Shown: piece by piece, positions 52,774-64,000 of the stretch
How the letters are laid out: each line of letters starts with the position of its first letter
How positions within the stretch are numbered: position 1 is the first letter of the stretch
Assembly (NCBI RefSeq): GCF_006345805.1
Contig: NC_042999.1
Location: forward strand, 21,142,001-21,206,000
DNA length: 64,000 nucleotides
Reading direction: 5' to 3'
Origin: Octopus sinensis
Taxonomy: Eukaryota
Notes under the pieces: generated by a model
Databases searched by the model: none
Seen by the model: only the letters and a program-made list of their open reading frames with translations
Told to the model about the DNA's origin: nothing
Made by a program: the position numbers and the translations under genes

Positions 52774-52899
52774 TGTAAATGTGTGTGTGTGTGTGCGTGT
52801 GTATACATGCATGCATACATATACATATACAACAGATCTCCTATGTTCAATACAAGTATTGGTGTGGATCCTCTGTGGTAGAGGAAACGATTCGGTATA

Positions 52900-53780
52900 T
52901 GTTAAATGTGTTGGCCTCATGTGGTAGCGGGTTGGTTCCAAGTCAGTACTTGACGTTGCTAAGTCAGCTGCTGCGCAAATTTTAGTATCATGCAGAAACA
53001 AGATTTTTCATTAGCTGCTGCTCTTTTCGCATCTGGGTGACGCCTTGTCTTGGAGTACTACGCACTACATCAGCAAATCGTCATTTCGGAGCAGACAGTG
53101 GGCAATTACTTCTTCTTTGGTGCCTCTCTTTTTCTTTGCCCTTCTCCTAGAAAGAAGTTCTGATTCAGGCCCATGTAGTTTGGGCAAGGCTTCTGATATG
53201 AAAAAACAAAATGGCAGTTTGCAACATCATAGCCATGTTGGAAGTTTCGTTGCAGGTAAAATGTACATATATTTCGACTTTTGTACCTCATACTTCTTTT
53301 GCTCACATTGTTGGCAGTCTTTTGTTTTGCTTCAGTGTTTATTTTTACATTTATTTCACTGGAAATTCGATATTTGGGCAACATGGATGGTGCTGCCCTT
53401 TCATGGATTGTTTTCTTTTAATATTAATCATAGAGGCTATACGTTTTGCTTTTTGTTCTTTTCTCTTCCTCCTTGTGCTTCATCCTTTCTGGAAACTTTT
53501 GTTTTGTCACTGAATTGTCTTTTTCTTCCTTTTTCATCTCTTTGGCTGCTTACAGTGGCGAAGATAGGGCCACTATCATCAGTGTTTCATTCGACGGCAG
53601 TCTTCTATCGCTTAGCTTCGGCATCGTTGTGTTTGAGGGTCTGTTGGACCCGAGAGACTTTTCTTTTTCTTTTCATGTTCGTCGTTCTGCTTGGCATCCT
53701 CGCTGCAAACGTTGTGTGGTCTAATTAATGTATTGGAAGAGAGGAATTCGAGTTTCGTCCGCTCTATTTGAGCCATAGTT
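52900..53780 (-). pseudogene. Decayed coding-like relic, possibly a LINE ORF1 with CCCH-type fingers
   Basis: Basic low-complexity stretch, then NICTFYLQRNFQHGYDVANCHF...KPCPNY; several stops. Confidence 0.3.
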
Positions 53781-53904
53781 CTGGTGACACCATTACTCTT
53801 TAGTTCTACTGCGATAAAGTAGCATCGAGAGTCTCCGTCTACAAATCTCCAGATACACAGAAATAATTGGAATTACCTTATTCTCCAATTTTACGACACC
53901 TTTG

Positions 53905-53953
<49 letters not shown>

Positions 53954-54136
53954 GGTGGGGTTAGAGAGAGAAATATAGAGGAAATAAAGAGAGAATTTGA
54001 GAGAAGGAGCCAGAGTCAACGGGGGAATTGTATAAGTATGTATGAATATGTGTATATATACATATGAAGACAATCGTGAATTTATATAGAAAGAGAGATA
54101 TAGACAAAGAAGAGAATTTCAGCTGCGAGATCAATG

Positions 54137-54228
<92 letters not shown>

Positions 54229-54720
54229 CATATATGTACATATGCACGTGAGTACGTATATCTACAGATGTACAGTTTCTATAGATATAGTATTATGCTC
54301 GTGCACAAATATATATGCAAACACGCATATGGATATAGGGACAGAGAGACAGAGAAACCGAAATAAGAGAGAGTGGGAGGTTAGGATTTAGAGGAAAAAA
54401 ACTGTGCGAAAGGTAACCTACAGCCATACGTATGTCTGAAGGGAAAAGTAAATAAGGAGAGAAATCAATAAAGAAAAACAGATATCAGTATAAGTTATGA
54501 GGTTATTGTCCCAGTTTATGATCTACCTTTACCGACTTAATTTATCGAAGAGACTCTGTCAATGCAAAAAAAAAAAAACGATTTATGACCTACTTTGTTG
54601 ATTTGGTTTTTTCCAAAGCTTCCATGAGTGGAAACAAATCGCGGCCGAGTAAAAAATGTTTCTTATATATATATATATATATATAATACATGTGTGTGAG
54701 TGTGTATAGGTATATAAAAG

Positions 54721-54761
<41 letters not shown>

Positions 54762-54782
54762 CGTAGTGAGAATTTACAAAGA

Positions 54783-54865
54783 AAAACCAAAGACGGGTGT
54801 GTAAATGTGTAAACAAGAAACAGATGTATTAGTTTAACGCTCTGGAATTGAGAAAGTTTTTTAGG
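54783..54865 (-). mobile_element. Fragment of the repeat family at 63560-63765
   Basis: aaagacgggtgtg...gatgtattagtttaacgctc matches the reverse complement of 63670-63720. Confidence 0.6.
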
Positions 54866-55165
54866 TTATACATATATATATTTACTGTGCTACGTCTAAA
54901 AATGCCCAGTTCTTTTGTTGATAGATTTAACAAAGCACTAACACGTTTGAGAGGTATTAATCCATTGTCTTAATTAAGTATAAATTTTAAGATGAATTAC
55001 TTTGATTTCTGTCTGGTGAGAAAGCTTTCTTTCCAGTCAGTTGCAATGCATAATGTAGAAATTTTTAGATCAACTAAACTGAAATACACATCCTTCCACT
55101 AAATTGGCACGTCACGCTTCTTTCTGTGATATTATACACATGTTCCTTCATAAAAGATACACATA

Positions 55166-55583
55166 GGCGCAGGAGTGGCTGTGTGGTAAGTAGCTTGCTA
55201 ACCAACCACATGGTTCCGGGTTCAGTCCCACTGCGTGGCATCTTGGGCAAGTGTCTTCTACTATAGCCCCGGGCCGACCAATGCCTTGTGAGTGGATTTG
55301 GTAGACGGAAACTGAAAGAAGCCTGTCGTATATATGTATATATATATATAAGTGTGTGTGTGTATGTTTGTGTGTCTGTGTTTGTCCCCCTAGCATTGCT
55401 TGACAACCGATGCTGGTGTGTTTACGTCCCCGTCACTTAGCGGTTCGGCAAAAAGAGACCGATAGAATAAGTACTGGGCTTACAAAGAATAAGTCCCAGG
55501 GTCGATTTGATCGACTAAAGGCGGTGCTCCAGCATGGCCGCAGTCAAATGACTGAAACAAGTAAAAGAGTAAAGAGTAAAGAG
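55166..55583 (+). mobile_element. SINE family B, well-preserved copy
   Basis: aggcgcaggagtggctgtgtggtaagtagc...gggttcagtccc...gactgaaacaagtaaaagagtaaagagtaaagag. Confidence 0.92.
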
Positions 55584-55625
55584 TATACATGCATACAAAA
55601 TCTTACACACCAGTGTGAATACAAG

Positions 55626-55663
<38 letters not shown>

Positions 55664-55664
55664 C

Positions 55665-55695
<31 letters not shown>

Positions 55696-55697
<2 letters not shown>

Positions 55698-55922
55698 TTT
55701 CTTAATTGGCCACACAGGGCTGAATACAGAGCGGACAAATACAAATGTAGAGCTTTTTTTTCGAAGATAGAAAAAGAAAAAAGGAACAAAATAGGAAACA
55801 AATGTAAAATTCCGATCAAAAGGGATTGTGTATCACAGAAACACTTTTTCTTAAAATAAGAAACAAGATTAGGTTCATCCCTGGGAAGAAAAGCCTACTG
55901 AAAAGACCACGGTAACCTCAGG
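55696..55922 (-). mobile_element. Third 3'UTR copy of the GATA-associated LINE lineage
   Basis: ggccacacagggctg...cgatcaaaagggat...gaaaagcctactgaaaagaccacggtaacctc matches 49623-49925; (GATA)n directly 3' of it. Confidence 0.85.
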
Positions 55923-55953
55923 CAGATAGGAAATAAATACACGAGAGCAATGT

Positions 55954-55996
<43 letters not shown>

Positions 55997-56254
55997 CTCT
56001 ATCTTTTACGATTTATAGGATCATGCTGGATAGATAGATAGATAGATAGATAGATGTAGATATGTGATGGACTGTGGGCGAAGACAAGGTATGAGTGTTC
56101 AGCGGGAAATCAGAAGAAAAAGATCCAACCAAATTGACAGTCAACAACACATTCACATAACCCTTACTACCGTTCACCAATGTTTGTGATTCATTCACTT
56201 CAACTGGAGACTCCTCATGTGAATCCTCAAACCACCAAAAACCAATAAGGATAT

Positions 56255-56960
56255 GAGTATGACTTATTAAAACAGCACGTGATCTAGCTGAGAAATCACA
56301 AATTGGACAATAGTGGTTTGCGGGAAGACTGTTGTTCTGTTGGTTTCTTTCCCTGTTTTCCCTTTCGGTTTCGAAATTCTGGAGCTGGAAAAAGCAATCT
56401 CTACTCCGGCCTCCATGGTTTCTCGTATAATCCTCAAAAATCATTTTTCTAATACTTAGGCGTTTCAAACTATCATTTACTAGTAGTATCGCCCGGCATT
56501 GCTCGGGTTTACTTCGACCCTTTAGAATTGGAATTTTTGAAATGTAAAAATTTTGCATTATGTAGCTTCTTATTGAACATTTTTCTGGTTGAAATACACC
56601 GAAAAATGGCGACACAGCAGTCAAAAAATCGTACAAAATAGGCATTTTTATAGGAAAAAAAGCACCTTTTTGATGTAAATAATTTATGGTGTTAACATGG
56701 TCCGATTTGAAGTTTTTCTCCTATGAAAGGTAGAGCAAGCCTTCTTCTATCATACTCTCAATTTTGATCAACTTGCGCCGCAGGGTCTCGGAGGAGATAG
56801 TGTTAGTTGAAGGCTACCAAACCTGCCGTACACAGACAACTTCCGCTTTATATATAGAGAGATTTTCTTGTTATACTGTAGAGGAAGCCAGCCTAAATTA
56901 CGCTGTGAATTTACAAGCTGACCACAAAAGATTTGCTCAAGCATTCGACTACTATTATTT
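56255..56960 (-). mobile_element. Decayed RTE LINE 3' end interrupted by a Helitron
   Basis: RMLEQIFCGQLVNSQRNLGWLPLQYNKK|INDSLKRLSI...HYCPICDFSARSRAVLISH (C2H2-like RTE terminus); frame is restored on removing 56480-56862. Confidence 0.75.
56480..56862 (-). mobile_element. Non-autonomous Helitron
   Basis: A|TCTCTCTATATATAAAG...cccgagcaatgccgggcgatactaCTAG|T. Confidence 0.88.
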
Positions 56961-57625
56961 TTTATAAACACAAACACATATGAGTGTGTCTGAATGCGTA
57001 GAGAGAGAGAGAGGGAAGGGAAACTGCCAAAGTAAAATACACTCTAAACGTGTAATATATAGGTTAATGAACATTTAGCTACAAGTAAGATGCTATGGAC
57101 AATACAGCAGAATTTTTACTATCTACTTCAGTAACAGTATAGAAGGAAATCTAAACAGAATAATGCGACAGAATTGTTATTAAGATTTATTTTTCAGCGA
57201 TACTAAATACTAAATTCTATTTGAATATAAAAGTTTATTGGAAAACATGATACATCATTTGATAGCCTGCAGGTACACGTTAGAAGACGTCGTCAATTAT
57301 ATAAATCACACTAGGTAATGCTTCTAATGTATAAAAGAATACTCATATATAAATATATATATGTGTATATATATGTATATATATATGTATATATATGTAT
57401 ATATATATGTGAGATGACAGACCTAAATAGATGCATCTGATTACAAAGTTCTACGCGAATGAATAAATTCTGAACAATGACACAGACGCAAATTTAATAA
57501 ATAAAGAATTTTTGTACTATTTCTCCATTATACTCTACCATATAACTAAATAATCATTCAACAAGGCTCAACTGATTTTAAGAATTTCAAATTAGCAAAA
57601 ACTCCAAGATGAACTCAAATGGACC

Positions 57626-57659
<34 letters not shown>

Positions 57660-57661
57660 TT

Positions 57662-57940
57662 TTAATTATTATTACTGAGTGAGAGAGCAGTGCATGACAT
57701 CAAAGTGACACTGGGGTAAAATATACGAAGCCCAGCATACCCGTCCAATAAGGATATAGCGGGCACATGCATCACAGCCATATGTGCATGAAATGGTGAT
57801 CTCTTATCAAGATAAACAGCGCATGACGTTGCAGGTGGTGTCCAGTTAGAATTTTCTTCATGTCGATAGCCCATCCCGCTCAAAAAGTCCCTGAATAAGG
57901 GTTATTTAAGGATGTTGAATGAAATACCTATGTTTCCAGA
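57662..57940 (-). mobile_element. Interspersed retro-derived repeat with (AAT)n tail
   Basis: Minus strand ends ...gcactgctctctcactcagtaataataat; family not assigned. Confidence 0.6.
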
Positions 57941-58117
57941 TGTGAATTATCAACCCCCAAAGAATTACTCCGAACATATGATTATGACGCTCCTCCATTA
58001 CTTCTGTTCTTCATCAGAGATGCACATATCGTCAGCCACTAAAGAATTTGTTAGTTTCAGATTTCTTCGTCTGGTAATATCACAAAATCCCATTATTTAC
58101 TTATTAGTACTCTCTCT

Positions 58118-58520
58118 CTCTCTCTCTTTTACATGTTTCAGTCATTTGACTGCGGCCATGCTGGAGCACCGCCTTTAATCGAGCAACTCGACCCCGGGAC
58201 TTATTCTTTTGTAAGCCCAGTACTTATGCTATCGGTCTCTTTTGCCGAACCGCTAAGTAACGGGGACATAAACACACCAGCATCGGTTGTCAAGCAATGC
58301 TAGGAGGACAAACACAGACACACAAACACACACACTTATATATATATATACATATATACGACAGGCTTCTTTTCAGTTTCCGTCTACCAAATCCACTCAC
58401 AAGGCTTTGGTCGGCCCGGGGCTATAGTAGAAGACACTTGCCCAAGATGCCACGCAGTGGGACTGAACCCGGAACCATGTGATTGGTAAACAAGCTACTT
58501 ACCACACAGCCACTCCTGCA
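58118..58520 (-). mobile_element. SINE family B
   Basis: Close match to the reverse complement of 55166-55583. Confidence 0.92.
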
Positions 58521-58759
58521 CTACTTCTAAGCAAATTTTGAAAGAAAATTATATATTTATATAAAAGCGGTTTCGTTGGTTTCCTGAAAAGTTATCTCAA
58601 ATCAGCATTTGGAAAATCAACGACAGAAGAAAATACAAAGACAAGAGTGCCGTGATTAGGAGTTTATTATTAATGTTGGCAAAGGCAAGTCTCATTATAA
58701 AGATTCATTTCCCCAACTGTGATGAAATGAAAGCAGTTTTGCGTAAAATTATCAATAAA

Positions 58760-59144
58760 CTAGCAGTATCGCCCGGCGTTGCTCAGGTTTGTAAGGGAAA
58801 TAACTATAAAGCATTTTTAGAGAGTTATAGCCAAAAAATAGAAAAAAATGGGAAAAAATGATGGTAAATTTTTTTTGGGAGATTTAAAAAAGGTGGAGTT
58901 GCGTCCCCTAGACAGTTTGTGGTTCGTGTTTCTGATTCTCGACCCCATGTCGAATTTATCGATTTTTTTCAGAACTGGGGGAACTTTTCAAAATTTTCGC
59001 TGCGTTAGTTTTGAATTATGACATTGGGCTATGTGTGTGTCAAGTTTCATCAGAATCGGTTGAAAGCCGTGGTCGGGGTGAGGGTACAAGCAAACAGACA
59101 CACAGAAACACGCACAGACAAACTGCCGTTTATATATAGAGAGA
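58760..59144 (-). mobile_element. Non-autonomous Helitron
   Basis: A|TCTCTCTATATATAAACG...cctgagcaacgccgggcgatactgCTAG|T. Confidence 0.9.
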
Positions 59145-59157
59145 TTTAGGATCCAGT

Positions 59158-59720
59158 AAACTTAATTTAATTTAATTTTTAATTGGCTCAAAAAAACAAA
59201 AACAAGGCCGTGTAGGGGGACAGGGAGTTATGTACAGGGAGGATGGTCATACAAAGATTGCAGGCCATTTCCGGTCAAGAGAGACTTTGAATCGAGCCGT
59301 CGTCGGCATCTTCACTGTAAGCCGGTGAGCTGGCAGAATCGTTAGCGCGCAGGACGAAATGCTTAGCTGTATTTCGTCTGCCGTTCCGTTCTGAGTTCAA
59401 ATTCCGCCGAGGTCGACTTTGCCTTTCGTCCTTTCGGGGTCGATAAATTAAGTACCAGTTACGCACTGGGGTCGATATAATCGACTTAATCTGTTTGTCT
59501 GTCCTTGTTTGTCGCCTCTGTGTTTAGCCCCCTGTGGGTAGTAAAGAAATAGGCATCTTCACTATTTCGTCTGGCAGTTTATTACACGGATCCGCAACCC
59601 GGTCGGAGAAAGCCCCTCTCCTTCGATTGAGATGAAATCGTCGTAGATAGAGCATTTCGGAGTGACCCCGCAGCCCACGCTCTGGAGCAGAAGTGAAGAA
59701 CAGCTCTTTCGAGAGGTTTA
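59158..59720 (-). mobile_element. CR1-type LINE 3' end interrupted by a SINE
   Basis: ELFFTSAPERGLRGHSEMLYLRRFHLNRRRGAFSDRVADPCNKLPDEIVKMP. Confidence 0.85.
59317..59551 (+). mobile_element. SINE family A long-tail monomer with 12-bp TSD
   Basis: TSD ggcatcttcact at 59305-59316 and 59552-59563. Confidence 0.95.
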
Positions 59721-60260
59721 AACTTTATACACTGTGTAATAATACTATCACTTAATAATGTTCCTTCAATTCTATGTTAAGGAAGTTACCAATATATTGA
59801 TTGGAGGAACACGAAATAATAACTCGAAGGCAATGATCCTTTATAATAGATAATCTTTACAGTAGAATTATGGATTTCATTATACTTATAACTTAATGGA
59901 TTGTGCCAGCGATATTTGAACTTAAAAAGTGGATTTACCAATTTAAGTAGGATTAATGAGGTATGAAATAGAGCAACGTTTCCAATAACGCAATAACATC
60001 AACACATTCTTGAAGGCTACATTGTTAAATAAGATGAACCTAATGGAAAACATGTCAACTTGCCAAGAATCAAAAGGAGACTTGACACCACTTTACTATT
60101 GAAGCTTACATGATTACCGCTTCCAGTTCCAGTGGCAATTACAATAACAGTCAATAAGTATTAATTCCCATTATTGCGTAAATAAACGTCTGTTCTTCAC
60201 TACTGATCTCTGTGCATGGAATGTTATGTATTGCTCTGTTGAGAACTAAATAACTAAATA
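59720..60260 (+). pseudogene. Decayed Helitron PIF1-family helicase, C-terminal part
   Basis: NL..GLC, GKHVNLPRIK, LPLPVPVAITITVNK (cf. RQFPVRLAFAMTINKSQG), VHGMLCIALLR (cf. SHGQLYVALSR). Confidence 0.65.
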
Positions 60261-60377
60261 GGTTCTTGGTAATATATTGACAACTATCAGGGCAAAGTTC
60301 AGCATATATCGTGTGCATTGGGATTTCACATTAACATGTGTGTATATTAATATATCATATATGTATATATATATCTG

Positions 60378-60942
60378 TATTACTTACAAGGGGCTAAACA
60401 TAGAGGAGACAAGCAAGGACAGAGAAAGGAATTAAATCGATTACATCGACCCCAGTACGTAATTGGTACTTAATTTATCGACCCCGAAAAGATGAAAGGC
60501 AAAGTTGACATCGGCGGAATTTGAACTCTCAGCGTGACGGCAGACGAAATACCTATTTCTTTACTACCCACAAGGGGCTAAACACAGAGGAGACAAACAA
60601 GGACAGACATAGGTATTACGTCGATTACATCGATCCCTATGCGTAACTGGTACTTAATTTGTCGACCCCGAAAGGAATTTGAACTCTCAACGTGACGGCA
60701 GCCGAAATACCTATTTCTTTATTACCCACAAGGGGGTAAACATAGAGAGGACAAACACGGACAAACAAAGGAATTGAATCGATTACATCGACCCCGGTGC
60801 GTCACTGGTACTTAATTTATCGACCCCGAAAGGATGAAAGGCAAAGTCGACCTCGGCCGAATTTGAACTCACAACATAACGGCAGTCGAAATACCGCTAA
60901 TCATTTCGCCCGACATGCCAACGTTTCTGCCAGCTCGCTGCC
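60378..60942 (-). mobile_element. SINE family A trimer (three long-tail units, middle one internally deleted)
   Basis: Junctions cgaaatacc|tatttc at 60553/4 and 60711/2. Confidence 0.92.
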
Positions 60943-61169
60943 TTACATATCGTATATGTATATGTCTATATGTGAAATTGGCTGGCTAATTTAGTACACT
61001 CGCTCGGTATAGGTTGGTTAAGCATTTCGCCCGGTGTGCTAAAGCGGCGAGCTGGCAGAAACGTTAGCACGCCGGAGGAAATGCTTAACCAACCTATACC
61101 GAGCGAGTGTACTAAATTAGCCAGCCAATTTCACATATAGACATATACATATACGATATATAAGGCAAC
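60937..61169. repeat. Near-perfect inverted duplication (92-bp arms, 2 mismatches)
   Basis: 60937-61028 versus the reverse complement of 61078-61169. Confidence 0.95.
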
Positions 61170-61629
61170 GAAGTAGATTCGTATTAGCTGTCTTTGGTTT
61201 GATTTTTTAAAATAATCTCGGTTTTGTACTTTGTAAAATGTTACTTTATGTCCACATCAGCATTCTGGCGTCTACATTGGCTGTCATAGTATTGCTATAG
61301 CTTTATTTTTCTCCGCTAATTATAATTTTGACAAGATTTTATGATGGTTTATTGTCGTGTCTACAGCCAGATAACAGCAGCCGACACATTCTTGCAAAGA
61401 AACAGAAGAAATACAAATGTCTCGCTTTTATACATATGGGATACTCATGAAACTATAAAGAGAAGCATAGAATATGATACAATACTTTGTGCTACGCCAT
61501 ATCTAAAAATTTCAGCCATATGTAATTCATGCATCACAATACATACATGGACACATGACTTCGTATATTAAATAGTTGTTACACTGGAAAAGTTAGTGTG
61601 TGTGTGTGTCTGTTATCTTTTCGTTGTTG

Positions 61630-61831
61630 CATTCATTTGACTGCGGCCATGCTGGGGCACCACCGTGAAGAATTTTTAGTCAAATGAATTGAACCCTGTA
61701 TTTTTATTTTTGAGCCTGGCTCTTATACTATCGGTGTTTTTTGCTGAACCAGTAAGTCATGGGGACATAAACACACCAATACCAGTTGTCAAGAAGTGGT
61801 GGGAGACAAACACACATACACATGCACCCCC

Positions 61832-61903
<72 letters not shown>

Positions 61904-62056
61904 ATATATATATATATACGGACAAGCTTCTTTCAGTTTCTGTCTACTAAAACTACTCACAAAACTATGATCAGCCCAAAGCTAAAAGTGTCTAAAATGC
62001 CACATTGTGACTGAACACGGAACCGCACGGTTGGGGAGCTAGTTTCTTACCACATC
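61630..62056 (-). mobile_element. SINE family B, diverged
   Basis: catttgactgcggccatgctgggg...gactgaacacggaacc. Confidence 0.8.
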
Positions 62057-62164
62057 AGTGAGAGACCCTATGGAGAACTCAATTGTTTCCTGGTCTAATT
62101 GATATCAACGTGATCCAAGAAATAGATGAGTTTTCCATAGAGCTGCTCATTATATAAAAAAAAC

Positions 62165-62563
62165 ATTTCTACTATAAGCACAAGGCCTGGATTTTGTGGG
62201 GTGGGGATTGCCGATTACATCGACCCCAGTGTTTCACTGGTAATTAATTTATTGCTCGGCAGAATTTGAACCCAGAACGTAGCGACGAGCGAAATACCGC
62301 TAAGTACTTCATCCAGCATACTAACGATTCTCATTTCTTTATTGCCAACAAAGGGCTAAACATAGAGGGGACAAACGAGGACAGACATAGGTATTAAGTC
62401 GATTACATCGACCGCACTGCGTAGCTGGTACTTAATTTATGGACCCTGAAAAGATGAAAGGCAAAGTCGACCTCGGCGGAATTTGAACTCAGAACGTAGC
62501 GGAATACGAAATACGGCTACGCATTTCCTCCGGCGTGCTAACGATTCTGCCAACTCGCCGCCT
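62165..62563 (-). mobile_element. SINE family A dimer (long + short tail)
   Basis: Junction ctaacgattct|catttcttt at 62331/2. Confidence 0.9.
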
Positions 62564-63472
62564 TTCTTCACTATCAAAATAATGAATGCACTATACTTAA
62601 TTGTGTATTGAGATCCCATTTTAATTATGGTCCTCCTATATGTGTGTGCGGGGGGAGGGGTAAATGTGTGTGCGTAGCTGTGTTCGTGCGCGCGTCTGTG
62701 CGTGAGTATATGTGAGTCTGTATGTGCGAATGTGTACGAGTGTGTGTATCATATATATTGCATAGCTCACCATATTGACGATGGTTATCATGAACTGCTT
62801 CAAATTGATTCCGTCGTTACAAATATTTATACTTGTTGATTTGTTTAACGCAGATAAATTTTACATTTGTATTCAAAGTATATTCTATGGTCTCTTTATT
62901 ACCATTTGCTATCGTTGTTCTGACTTCATCCCAATTTGTTTACAGCGCTTTTTCTTTATCCAATCTATAGAAAGGGAATAAATTGATTAAAATTAAAATA
63001 GATCAACCTGTCTTAAGCACTCTCCATAATTAACCTGTAAATAAGAGAAATACATTAACTTGTGTTGACAGATTCAGAATCAATTTTCGAAGAGGAAAAC
63101 AAGAACTGTTCCGTCTACTGAATATATAATCAACGTTATTATATGTATCATTTATTTTTTATTCATTTTGGCTATTGAAATACAGCCATAATTGAAATCC
63201 CCCTGAGCGGTTTATTCGAAGAAATCGACTCCAGGAATGTTTTTTTTAAAGTTTGGTACTTTTCTTTTTTGGCGCATCCGCTAATTTACGAAAATGTAAA
63301 CGTAAACATAACAACACCGGATTTCAGGCGCAAGGATTCATACCCAAACACACAGACATATATTTATCACACAACACACGCATACGCATGTACACACACA
63401 AAAAAATATATATACATAAAATATATATGGAGCGATGACAACGAATCAAAAACGAGATCCTTTCACGTAAAA

Positions 63473-63508
<36 letters not shown>

Positions 63509-63559
63509 GATATTCTCTACTTCCAAAGCATTCCCTTAAAAGCGAAAAGCCATGATTGA

Positions 63560-63765
63560 CCGCTAAATCTACAGTTTCTTTTAATTATTTTTTCCTTCTC
63601 TCTCTGTTGATTTTCTCATTCCTTTCTGTTGAAGAGCGTAGGCTCGAAACGTAAAATATTTTTTCATTTGCCCGAGCGTCAAACTAATACAGCTACTTGT
63701 TGTCTATACACCTGTCTTCGTATTTTGTTTTTCTATAAATTTCAACTATATATACAGAGAGAAGA
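63560..63765 (+). mobile_element. Interspersed repeat with a degenerate hammerhead-like motif
   Basis: ttt CTGTTGA A GAGC gtag GCTC GAAA CGTA aaa at 63623-63656; related fragment at 54783-54865. Confidence 0.55.
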
Positions 63766-64000
63766 GGTGTATTTCCACGCACAAAAAAGGTTAGGAGAAT
63801 TTGCTTTTGAAACGCTGAAATAAAAACTGGAGAAGAGCAGAAATTAATAAATGAAGAAAAAAGAAGCATAAAATTTCACAGTCCAACTTTGCGATATATA
63901 CATGTGTGTGCGTTTTGGGTGCGTGTATATATATATGATGCATGTTATAATAACATCAGCACTAAGTACTAATGAGAAATAAATAATCATTAGGTTCGTG

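Noticed and set aside
53045-53728. 227-aa hydrophobic plus-strand ORF
   Set aside because: Antisense of an A-rich coding-like relic; the Phe/Leu richness is compositional.
56013-56645. 210-aa ORF with a C2H2-like motif, as a possible zinc-finger gene
   Set aside because: Chimera of Helitron sequence, an RTE ORF2 C-terminus and microsatellite.

Overview
AT-rich, repeat-saturated eukaryotic DNA with no host protein-coding gene that I can recognise. It reads as intergenic or deep-intronic sequence. The SINE and repeat families match what I recall from octopus (Octopus sp.) genomes; that assignment is from memory, not a search. Contents: (i) many tRNA-derived SINEs of at least five families; (ii) non-LTR retrotransposon pieces (two Tx1/L1-like RT copies plus short 3' tails, one HERO-type RLE fragment, CR1 3' ends, RTE relics, Penelope RT and GIY-YIG relics); (iii) non-autonomous Helitrons and a Helitron helicase relic; (iv) GGATC-terminated MITEs, two of them ~600-bp fold-backs; (v) a hAT transposase relic; (vi) long microsatellites, which generate most ORFs in the supplied track. 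The best leads concern retroelement behaviour. A SINE appears to insert into a fixed site within its own family, building seamless head-to-tail multimers. A Tx1-like LINE lineage sits repeatedly in (GATA)n microsatellites. A tRNA-SINE carries a minimal hammerhead-ribozyme motif. Two near-perfect fold-back palindromes occur at retroelement 5' ends. All family assignments come from manual translation and motif recognition; no database search was run, and some boundaries are approximate.
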